From assembly GCA_963812745.1 (NCBI GenBank), contig CAWEWE010000002.1, positions 11,277 through 75,276 on the forward strand: a stretch of DNA of 64,000 nt, in the 5' to 3' direction. Of the stretch, positions 28,329-35,872 are shown piece by piece; the stretch's first letter is position 1, and each line of letters starts with the position of its first letter. Both the position numbers and the translations under genes were made by a program. The notes under the pieces were generated by a model that ran no database searches, had not been told where the DNA came from, and was given only the letters and a program-made list of their open reading frames with translations. Origin of the DNA: an uncultured Chloroflexia bacterium (GTDB lineage: Bacteria; Chloroflexota; Limnocylindria; Limnocylindrales; CSP1-4).

Positions 28329-29213
28329 CTATGACGTTCGAGCGATCTCGAGGACTCGGAGCACTTCTTCGACGACGACATCGGGCTCGTTCCCCGGGAC
28401 GTCGTGCCCGGTGGTGACGATCACCTGTTTCGCCTGGTCCGGGTTCAGGACGAACCATCCCTGCTGGCGTTCGATGCTGTTCTCCTCGTCCGGGTTCGAG
28501 GCGTATCCGGTGTAGTCGTTCGAGATGACCGTGATAGGGATGTCACCGATCTTGCGGCGGTTGTCCCAGGCCGCGTGCTCGACCGCTGCATAGTCGCGGT
28601 GTTCCTGGTTCTCCGGGTTGTCGCAGCCGATCTCGAACGCGAGCTGGGGAGGTGCCTCACCGAGGTCGATCGCTGGGAACGTGTCAACGATGACCATGCC
28701 CTGGACATCCCCAGGGTGAGCCAGCGCGTAGTTGGCGATCAGGTACCCGCCACCGGAGGTCCCCACCAGCACATAGGGTGGAGCGATGTCGGCGACCTTT
28801 AGCAGTGCCTCCAGGTCACCCCGCAGGTCATCCGCTCCTCGGCAGCCGGTGGCCGCGCCGCTTCGCCCGTTTCCGAGCCTGTCATACGTGCACGCACGGG
28901 TCTCCTTGACGAGACCGGGCACCACCCGCGTCCAGGCCCGTCCGTCATCAGTATCACCACTCTCGAAGACGACGGTCGGCTCACCGGCCCCGGTGCATTC
29001 GACGAACAGCTCTCGTCCCCCGCCGATGTCAACGGTGTCGGCGAAATGCGGAAGGCTGCTTGCCTTGGGCGACGGCGATCCTGGCGTAGCGGTCGCGACA
29101 GCGGCCGGGAGGTCGGACGAACTCGGGGCCGCTGAGGCGGCGGGTCCCGCGCAGCCCGCCGCCGATGCGACGGTGAGCACTAGCGTCCATAGCACGCGAC
29201 CCATGCCTGTCAT
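28329..29213 (-). CDS. Secreted/lipoprotein alpha/beta hydrolase
   Basis: Lipobox LTVASAAG-C. Nucleophile elbow GTSGGG. ATGA overlap with the upstream AlkZ-like gene. Confidence 0.8.
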   Translation of the reverse strand: MTGMGRVLWTLVLTVASAAGCAGPAASAAPSSSDLPAAVATATPGSPSPKASSLPHFADTVDIGGGRELFVECTGAGEPTVVFESGDTDDGRAWTRVVPGLVKETRACTYDRLGNGRSGAATGCRGADDLRGDLEALLKVADIAPPYVLVGTSGGGYLIANYALAHPGDVQGMVIVDTFPAIDLGEAPPQLAFEIGCDNPENQEHRDYAAVEHAAWDNRRKIGDIPITVISNDYTGYASNPDEENSIERQQGWFVLNPDQAKQVIVTTGHDVPGNEPDVVVEEVLRVLEIARTS

Positions 29214-30466
29214 CCCTCCGCGGCGATCATGCGCGTCCGCCGTTTCAGACGGTCACGGAGCGTCCGCGATCGGATGCTCGTGGCGTCGAGGCGTTCGGCG
29301 CCGAGAAAGGCTTGCATCCGCTCGAGGCCGGCGGCGAACGCCGCGTGGAAGGCCTCGTCCTCGATCAGCTCGGCTGTTTCGGGCCAGAACCCCAGGATGG
29401 CGAACGTCGAGGAAGCGCGCTCGAAGCGACCGTCGAACCGCGCCACCAGTCGGTCGCCCCACAGGACCGGCAGCGCGTAATAGCCGAACTTGCGCTTCGG
29501 GGCCGGCGTATAGACCTCCCAGATGTAGTCGAAATCGAAGAGCGGCTTGGCGCGTTTCCGCGCGCTCACCGGGTCGAGCGGCGCGAGAAAGGTCGCCTCC
29601 TCGGTGGTGGTCGTCTCCCTGGGCTTCCAGTCGCGAGGCACGCGACCGGCGGCCACCGTCTCGATAGCGTCCCGGTCCGTTGCAAGCGCCCAGCGCGGGG
29701 CGCGCCAACCCTCGACCGTCAGCTCGATCAGGACGCCGTCCTCGACCGCTCGCTCACGCCAGGCGATGGCCGCCGGGCGTCCGCCCTTCTCGTACATCGT
29801 GTAGGACGTCCCGGTGACGGCCGAGATGCCCTCGAACGCGACGTGCTTGCGACGCATGAAGTCGTCGGTCTCGGCATCCGACGCCTCCTCGAGGAGCGCA
29901 GGCGGGGCGATCGACTCGGTCGGGGCGTAGACCCGCTCGAACCGCTCGCGATGGTGGACCATCGCCTCGCCGATGCGCCACAGGTAGTACAGCGCAATGG
30001 CGCTGTCCTTCCGCCCGCGATAGCTGTCCGTCCGGGTGCGACTCTCCATCGTGAAGTCACGATTGGCGATCGTGCCGCGCGCCAGCAGCTCCTTGCGCAT
30101 CTCGACGATCGTGTCGTGGTGCTCTTGCTCGAATTCGCGCCAGCGATCGCTGTCCCGCTCGCGGCGCATCAGGTTGCGCCAGTACGGCAGCTCGTCGATC
30201 GGCCGGACGGCGAGCCAGCCGCCCCAATCGAAGAAGCGGCGCTGCTCGTAGGTCAGCCGCGCCCAGTCGTCCGGTCGGTAGTCGAGCACCCGGCTGTGGA
30301 GCATCAGGTCCTGGGCGCGGGCCATGATCCCGAGCGGATCGAGTTGGAGATGCTCCATCACGCGCATCGCGCGCTCCGTGCCGGCAAGGCCGCGCCATCG
30401 CCGGCCCGGCCAGAGGCCCTGCCGCCCGAGGATGAACCGGCGGGCCGTCTGGAGCGAGATCCTCAC
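29210..30466 (-). CDS. Winged-helix DNA glycosylase-like protein (AlkZ/YcaQ, DUF1006/HTH_42 family)
   Basis: 418 aa from GTG 30466. LQTARRFILGRQGL...MEHLQLDPL (Q-hydrophobic-D motif as in YcaQ)...KFGYYALPVLWGDRLVARFD is typical of the family. Confidence 0.78.
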   Translation of the reverse strand: MRISLQTARRFILGRQGLWPGRRWRGLAGTERAMRVMEHLQLDPLGIMARAQDLMLHSRVLDYRPDDWARLTYEQRRFFDWGGWLAVRPIDELPYWRNLMRRERDSDRWREFEQEHHDTIVEMRKELLARGTIANRDFTMESRTRTDSYRGRKDSAIALYYLWRIGEAMVHHRERFERVYAPTESIAPPALLEEASDAETDDFMRRKHVAFEGISAVTGTSYTMYEKGGRPAAIAWRERAVEDGVLIELTVEGWRAPRWALATDRDAIETVAAGRVPRDWKPRETTTTEEATFLAPLDPVSARKRAKPLFDFDYIWEVYTPAPKRKFGYYALPVLWGDRLVARFDGRFERASSTFAILGFWPETAELIEDEAFHAAFAAGLERMQAFLGAERLDATSIRSRTLRDRLKRRTRMIAAEG

Positions 30467-30498
30467 GATGGCAAGCGTACCGGCGCTAGGCTGTCGGC

Positions 30499-30891
30499 AT
30501 GACGACCGAATCGAACCTGCGCGACATCGGGGACGTGCCCGCCAGCGACGTGTGGGGCGACACCGTCCAGGCGCGGGTGATCGTCGGGAGCAACGCAAGC
30601 CTGGCCGTCGTGGAGCTCGGGCCGGAGGCGATCGTGCCCGAGCACCGCCACGCGCACGAGCAGCTCGGGCTCTGCATCGAGGGCTCGATCACGTTCACGA
30701 TCGACGGGGAGCGGCGATCGCTCGGCCCGGGTGGGACGTGGCGGATCCCGTCGAACCTGCCGCATGACGCGGTCGCGGGGCCGGACGGCGCGGTCGTCGT
30801 CGATATCTTCGCCCCGGTCCGCGCCGACTGGGATGCGCTCCCCCGCTCCGAGCCGCGGGCTCCACGCTGGCCCACGACCGAGGGCGGCTGA
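30499..30891 (+). CDS. Cupin domain protein
   Basis: VPEHRHAHEQLGLCIEGSITF...WRIPSNLPHDA. Only 32 bp from the divergent AlkZ-like start. Confidence 0.8.
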   Translation: MTTESNLRDIGDVPASDVWGDTVQARVIVGSNASLAVVELGPEAIVPEHRHAHEQLGLCIEGSITFTIDGERRSLGPGGTWRIPSNLPHDAVAGPDGAVVVDIFAPVRADWDALPRSEPRAPRWPTTEGG

Positions 30892-30897
30892 AACGGA

Positions 30898-31815
30898 CTA
30901 CGCGCCGGACGCAAACGCGAACAGCGGCAATTGCTCGGCGAGCGGTTCCGTCATCGGCGTGACGGGCCTGGCACGCCGGTCGGCGATCCCGTGGGTGGAG
31001 GCGAGGTCGCGGACCTGGCCCTTCACGATGCCGACCACCGACTTTTCCACGTACGCCCGACCGTCGTACAGACGCTTGTACGTCGGCACCAGCTCCGGCC
31101 AGTCCCGCGCCAGGTTCTCGAGGAAGTGCTCGCGGGTCCCCGGCCTTAGATAGAGGACGTTGGCCCAGACCGCGGTGGCACCCGCGTCGCGAGCGGCTCG
31201 GATCACGTCGGCCATCTTCGCCGGGTCGTCCGATAGGCCCGGGAGGATCGGGGCCATGCCCACGCTGGCGTCGACGCCGGCGTCGATGAGCGTCCGGATG
31301 GCGCGCAGCCGCTGGCGCGGCGGCGCGGTGCCGGGCTCGGTCCGCCGCCAGATCTCGGCATCCAGCGTCGGGATCGAGAAGGTCACGCCGACCTTGGCGC
31401 GTCGCGACGCCTCGACCAGGACGTCGATGTCGCGGACGATGAGCGGCCCGCGCGTGATGAGGCCGATCGGCGTTGCGGCCTCGGCGAGCGCCCCGATCGC
31501 GCCACGGGTCAGGCGAAAGCGGCCCTCGGCCGGCTGGTACGGGTCGGTGGCGGTGCCGACGACGACCTGTTCGCGTCGCCAGGACCTGCGCGCCAACTCC
31601 CGGCGCAAGACCTCGACGAGGTTCGACTTGACGCGGATCGACGTGCCGTAACGAGCGTCGGACGGGCGGTCGGCGATCTGCTCGAACGCCCGGACGAAAC
31701 AGAACGTGCACTGGTGGGCGCAACCCATGTACGGGTTGAGCGACCACTTGAAGCCCATGTTGCGGACGCGGTTCAGGGCGCTGCGGCAAGGCTCGTCGCG
31801 GTAGGTCGGCCGCAT
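30898..31815 (-). CDS. Radical SAM protein, Rv2578c family (SplB-like)
   Basis: CxxxCxxC cluster motif in NPYMGCAHQCTFCF. ...VGTATDPYQPAEG...FSIPTLD. Confidence 0.85.
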   Translation of the reverse strand: MRPTYRDEPCRSALNRVRNMGFKWSLNPYMGCAHQCTFCFVRAFEQIADRPSDARYGTSIRVKSNLVEVLRRELARRSWRREQVVVGTATDPYQPAEGRFRLTRGAIGALAEAATPIGLITRGPLIVRDIDVLVEASRRAKVGVTFSIPTLDAEIWRRTEPGTAPPRQRLRAIRTLIDAGVDASVGMAPILPGLSDDPAKMADVIRAARDAGATAVWANVLYLRPGTREHFLENLARDWPELVPTYKRLYDGRAYVEKSVVGIVKGQVRDLASTHGIADRRARPVTPMTEPLAEQLPLFAFASGA

Positions 31816-31827
31816 GGTTGCAGCAGG

Positions 31828-31845
31828 ATAGAACAGATGTTCTAT
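31828..31845. promoter_or_regulatory. LexA (SOS / Cheo-type) box
   Basis: ATAGAACA-GA-TGTTCTAT has perfect 8-bp arms containing GAAC-N4-GTTC. It lies 13 nt upstream of the radical SAM ATG (31815). Confidence 0.65.
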
Positions 31846-32047
31846 CGTGTCGAGTCGGATACGGCCCCGCGCTTGCGGCCTACCCGTGAGACGACTCAGG
31901 ATCCGCGCGGACGGCTAATCTGCTTGCGGCGCAGTCCCTCGGCGAATGAGCAAGAAGCAAATCGGCCGATCCGAGTGCGCGCTAGTCGCCTCGAGCATGA
32001 ACCGAAAGTGCGGCGGCGGGGCGGTGGCCGTCCGGGGCGAACGACGG

Positions 32048-32073
32048 CAAGTGATTGCTCTGAGGGATCGATT
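32048..32073. repeat. 22-bp motif copy 1 (CAAG-TGATTGCTCTGAGGGATCGATT)
   Basis: Read directly. 20/22 of the first 22 nt (CAAGTGATTGCTCnnAGGGATC) are identical to copy 2. Confidence 0.8.
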
Positions 32074-32120
32074 CCGGCGGGAAGCGGGCGCGGGCAACCA
32101 TTCCAGCGGCCATTCGATGT

Positions 32121-32146
32121 CAAGTGATTGCTCGCAGGGATCAGTC
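32121..32146. repeat. 22-bp motif copy 2 (CAAG-TGATTGCTCGCAGGGATCAGTC)
   Basis: Direct copy 73 bp downstream of copy 1. Confidence 0.8.
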
Positions 32147-32194
32147 TTGGACGGAAGGCGTGCCCTGGGCCTCCCGGATGAGCTCTCGACATGA

Positions 32195-32216
32195 AATCGA
32201 TCGCTCGCAGCAATCA
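32195..32216. repeat. 22-bp motif copy 3, inverted (reverse complement TGATTGCTGCGAGCGATCGATT)
   Basis: 19/22 identical to copy 1 when reverse-complemented. Confidence 0.7.
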
Positions 32217-32223
32217 GATCGAC

Positions 32224-32243
32224 GAAAACGCCCGGCGGGCGTC
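32224..32243 (-). terminator. Intrinsic terminator of the hydrolase gene
   Basis: The minus strand reads ACGCCCGCCGGGCGT followed by TTTCGTC, starting 2 nt after the stop codon at 32244-32246. Confidence 0.6.
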
Positions 32244-33152
32244 TCAGGACCGCGGCGACGGCGCCTTGCGTGCCTCGAAGCCGAGCTCGCGTGCCTCGCG
32301 GACCGTCAGCCGCTCCGTGCGCTTCCAGGTGAACGCCGTGGCGATCGCGTCCCACACCGGCGCGAGCTCCCAGTACGCGCCGTGCGACCGCGGAAAGTCG
32401 CGGCCGGAGTGCACCCGCAGGTCGACCACGCTGGCGAGCCCGTCGCTGCGCCGGAACAGCGGCTCGGCCACGAACGACAGGAAGTCGCGGCTGTCATAAA
32501 TGTTCAGCCACGGGACGGGGAGATGCGGTGGGTCGGCCTCGTCATACGGCATCGATGGGATCGCATCGAACGCGTACAGCAACGGCGCCTGCGAGCCCAC
32601 CGTGACGCAGGCGTCGATCGGGGCGTCCGGCCAGTCGGCGATCAGATCCACCAGCGCGATGCCGCCGAGGCTGAGCCCGACCGGCAGGATCGGCTTGCCG
32701 CGCGCCGCCCGCCGCGCCTTCTCGAGCTCGGCGCGCAGCGCCGCGTGGATCGACGCCCGGTGCTGGTGATAGCCGATGACGTCGGCCAGGAGCTGTGCCC
32801 CCATCGTGTCGAGCAGCGCCTCGCGGCGGCCCTCGAAGTAATTCGTGACGAGGCGGAGCACCGCCGCCCGGCCGACGCCTGTCGGCAGGCTGGCCAGTGA
32901 GATCGATGCCGGTCGGGGCTGGCGGTACAGCGCCTTGCGCCAGTTGCCGAGGCGGAGCCCCGATCGACGCCGCCATTCGGGGGCCACGACGCGGACGTCC
33001 CAGCCCCGTCCGCGGACCTGGTCCTCGATCCGCGCGAGGTTCCGGGCGAGGCCCTCGGACGTCTCGTTGGCGCCGTGGACGAAGAACAGCAGGCCGCTCG
33101 GCGGCAGAGGCGGCGGTGCACTCCGCGTGCGCGCGGTCCGGCGGTTTGCCAC
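32244..33152 (-). CDS. Alpha/beta-hydrolase-fold protein (lipase/esterase-like)
   Basis: LLFFVHGANE... and nucleophile elbow GLSLGG. The start is uncertain: GTG 33152 was chosen, and the longer track ORF would overlap the divergent lipoprotein gene. Confidence 0.6.
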   Translation of the reverse strand: MANRRTARTRSAPPPLPPSGLLFFVHGANETSEGLARNLARIEDQVRGRGWDVRVVAPEWRRRSGLRLGNWRKALYRQPRPASISLASLPTGVGRAAVLRLVTNYFEGRREALLDTMGAQLLADVIGYHQHRASIHAALRAELEKARRAARGKPILPVGLSLGGIALVDLIADWPDAPIDACVTVGSQAPLLYAFDAIPSMPYDEADPPHLPVPWLNIYDSRDFLSFVAEPLFRRSDGLASVVDLRVHSGRDFPRSHGAYWELAPVWDAIATAFTWKRTERLTVREARELGFEARKAPSPRS

Positions 33153-33237
33153 GCGCTGAGGGTAGCGCCCGGAAACCGACCGGATGCGGCGCGACGTAGG
33201 GGAGATTGGACCCCAGCCAAGCGAGGAGAACACCCGA

Positions 33238-33783
33238 ATGACCATCGACCCGCGTCGATCCCTGTTGCTACCTGCCCTGCTGGCCGCGACCGCAGTCGTG
33301 GCAGCCTGCTCGAGCGGTGGTGCTGCGACGGCAGCTCCATCGGTCGCAGCCCCATCCGTCGCGCCGTCCGAGGCGCCCTCGGCGTCTGCTTCGGAAGCGG
33401 CGTCCGCATCGGCGCCCGCCGCCGCCGCTGCCGAGATCAAGCTCGCCGACAGCTCGCTCGGCCAGATCATCGTCGACGGCGCCGGCAAGACGCTGTACAT
33501 GTTCCAGCCGGATGAGGCCGGGACGCCGACGTGCTACGACGACTGCGCCGCGGCATGGCCGCCGCTGCTCGCCGACGACGCCGCGTCCGTGACGGCCGGC
33601 ACGGGCCTTGACGCCTCGAAGATCACGGTCGTCGACCGGACCGATGGCGGCAAGCAGGTCAAGTACGGCAATTGGACGCTGTACTACTTCGCGAACGACG
33701 CCGCCGCCGGCGACGTCAACGGCCAGGGCATCAACGACGTCTGGTACGTCGTCGGCGCCGACGGCGAGCCCATCAAGAGCTAA
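33238..33783 (+). CDS. Lipoprotein with Yx(FWY)xxD motif (COG4315-type secreted repeat protein)
   Basis: Lipobox AVVAA-C, Ala/Ser/Pro linker, GKTLYMFQPDEAGTPTCYDDCAAAWPPL and WTLYYFANDAAAGDVNGQG. Confidence 0.8.
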   Translation: MTIDPRRSLLLPALLAATAVVAACSSGGAATAAPSVAAPSVAPSEAPSASASEAASASAPAAAAAEIKLADSSLGQIIVDGAGKTLYMFQPDEAGTPTCYDDCAAAWPPLLADDAASVTAGTGLDASKITVVDRTDGGKQVKYGNWTLYYFANDAAAGDVNGQGINDVWYVVGADGEPIKS

Positions 33784-33810
33784 GACGACCCGGGGTTCCG
33801 GGGGGAGATC

Positions 33811-33838
33811 GAGGCCGGCGGCGACAACCGCCGGCCTC
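33811..33838. terminator. Perfect 11-bp-stem hairpin between convergent genes
   Basis: gaggccggcgg-cgacaa-ccgccggcctc read directly between the stops at 33783 and 33862. Confidence 0.5.
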
Positions 33839-33861
33839 GTGATTCAGGCGATCGATGGACG

Positions 33862-35211
33862 TCAGGGCGCTACGCGCTGGAACCCGACGACATCGGTGCC
33901 GCCCGGTCCTTCCTCGCCGTCGATCGTCGCCGCGAACGGCGGCACCGCGATCCTGGCGTGGATGGTCCGCGAAGCCACATCGATGATCCAGACCTCGTGT
34001 TGGGGAACCTCCGTCGGCGTACCGGTCGTCGCCGTGACGAACCTGGCGTCCGGTGACCAGCGGGGCGCGCGCCACGCGAATGTCTGGGTGCTTCCATCGA
34101 TCGCCGGGTGCGCATCGGACCCGTCGCCACCAGCGATCATGAGCGTCGCGAGCTCGAAACGCGGAGCGACCAGGTACGAGATGGCGCCACCGTCCGGCGC
34201 ATAGGTCGCCCCGAATTCGTGCAGCGGCGACGTCGCGATCGGACGGTCCTGCGACCCCCGGGCGATGTCGATGACGTACAGGTCGTGCGCACGATCGTCG
34301 CCGGCCGCGAACAGGATCGCGCTGCTGTCCGGCTTCCAATGGAAGCCGTGGCTCCCCTGCTCGGCGCTGCCGATGTCGTAATAGCGCCCAGACGTCAACC
34401 GGCGAGCTTCCGACCCGTCGGGCCTGGCAAGCCAGAGAGCCTGACCGCCTTCGAACGTGCCGGTCTCATACGCGATCAGCGTGCCGTCCGGCGAGAAGCT
34501 CGCGCCGACAGCAAAGCCGGGATCGTGTGCGAGCCGCGCCGGTGGGGCCGAGCCGTCGGCAGGCGCCACGTATAGCCGCTCCGAGAGATCGGTGCCATTC
34601 GGGCTATACCCCAACAGCAGGTTCCGATCGTCGCGAGACCATGACGGCACCGATGCATCCCAGACGTCGGCTGCGATCGTCACCTGATGGCTGCCGTCGG
34701 CATCGGCGACCATGACGCTCGCCTGGCGACTGGACGCCGGGTCCGTATAGGCCTTGAACGCGAACCGCGTCCCGTCATGCGACCAGACCGGCTCACCCAC
34801 GACGCGATCGATGTCGATCAGGGGCCGGACGTCGACCCCATCGTCGTTGGCGCTGACGAGGTTTCCGCCTGTGGCATAGACCAGCCGCCCGTTGGCCGCC
34901 AGCCCATCCGGGAGCGGCAGCTTGGGACTCGGCTGACCGACGCCGATCAGCAGGAGCCCGACGGCGAGCGCAAGAAGGAGCGCGAGGACCACGAGGATCG
35001 GGACGGCGTTTGCGACCGTCGATCGCCGCATCGTGAGTTGCATGGGGATCCACCTTTCGGGGAGCCGCCAAGCCGGCAGTGGTCGCGTCCGTGCGGTCCG
35101 CGCAAGCGCGGCGTCGACGAGCCCGTCGGGCTCACGCGTCGGTGCATCCACTTCGAACCAGGCGGTGAGGAGGGCGCCGACGTCGGTCGAACGCGGATCG
35201 TTCGTCGTCAT
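33862..35211 (-). CDS. Membrane protein with periplasmic PD40/TolB-like beta-propeller; putative anti-sigma partner
   Basis: Cytoplasmic N-terminus, TM (AVPILVVLALLLALAVGLLLIGV), then repeated ...SPDG/SHDGT..AF... blades. ATGA overlap with the upstream ECF sigma gene. Confidence 0.72.
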   Translation of the reverse strand: MTTNDPRSTDVGALLTAWFEVDAPTREPDGLVDAALARTARTRPLPAWRLPERWIPMQLTMRRSTVANAVPILVVLALLLALAVGLLLIGVGQPSPKLPLPDGLAANGRLVYATGGNLVSANDDGVDVRPLIDIDRVVGEPVWSHDGTRFAFKAYTDPASSRQASVMVADADGSHQVTIAADVWDASVPSWSRDDRNLLLGYSPNGTDLSERLYVAPADGSAPPARLAHDPGFAVGASFSPDGTLIAYETGTFEGGQALWLARPDGSEARRLTSGRYYDIGSAEQGSHGFHWKPDSSAILFAAGDDRAHDLYVIDIARGSQDRPIATSPLHEFGATYAPDGGAISYLVAPRFELATLMIAGGDGSDAHPAIDGSTQTFAWRAPRWSPDARFVTATTGTPTEVPQHEVWIIDVASRTIHARIAVPPFAATIDGEEGPGGTDVVGFQRVAP

Positions 35212-35762
35212 GCCAGCCTCCCTCCGGGGAGTCGTCCAGGACGGGCGTCCGCGTCGAGCGCAGCGCGCATCGCCTGCGTCGCCCGGTGAAGCCGCGATCG
35301 GATCGTGCCGGGCGGGTGACCCAGGACCTGGGCCACCTCATCCAGGCGCAGTCCGACGTAGTAGTGCAAGACGAGGATCGATCGCTGATCGACATCGAGC
35401 CGGGCGAACCCCCGCTCGAGCTGATCCCGATCGGCGAGATCGAGGGATCGATCCGGTTCGGCGAGTTCGATGAGCCCGACACTGACATCGAGGCTTCTCA
35501 GGGAGCGGTGTCGACGCGCTTCGCGATAGCACGTCCGCACCAGCACCTGGTGAAGCCAGGCGTCGAATCGATCGGAGTCGCGCAGTCCCTTGATGTGGCG
35601 CCAGGCGGCGACGAGCGCCTCCTGGGTCGCATCCTCGGCCTGACCCTCGTCGCGGAGGATCAGGCGGGCGACGGCGTAGAGCCGGCCGGCCGAGACGCGC
35701 GCCAGCTCACTGAACGCGTCATGGTCGCCCGCCATCGCTCGCTCCACGAGATCCCGATCCAT
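35208..35762 (-). CDS. ECF RNA polymerase sigma factor
   Basis: 184 aa. Region 2 AEDATQEALVAAWRHIKGLRDSDRFDAWLHQVLVRTC and region 4 LVLHYYVGLRLDEVAQVLGHPPGTIRSRLHRA. Confidence 0.9.
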   Translation of the reverse strand: MDRDLVERAMAGDHDAFSELARVSAGRLYAVARLILRDEGQAEDATQEALVAAWRHIKGLRDSDRFDAWLHQVLVRTCYREARRHRSLRSLDVSVGLIELAEPDRSLDLADRDQLERGFARLDVDQRSILVLHYYVGLRLDEVAQVLGHPPGTIRSRLHRATQAMRAALDADARPGRLPGGRLA

Positions 35763-35872
35763 CGGGCCTCCGGGTGATGCACGACCGGGGTGGTCGTGCT
35801 ACAGCCTATGAGCGAGCCGTAGCGGATCCAGTTCCGAATTCGCGCGAGCGAGACGAAATCGCGATCTTCGTC

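Noticed and set aside
26014-28458. 814-aa minus-strand ORF
   Set aside because: It is antisense to the YciI and sigma-factor genes. Only the last 181 aa (DHFR-like, ATG 26559 with AAGGAG RBS) are credible.
32048-32216. Possible miniature CRISPR array formed by the 22-bp repeats
   Set aside because: There are only three imperfect copies, one of them inverted, with 50-70 bp irregular spacing. There are no cas genes in the window. It is reported instead as an unexplained repeat set.
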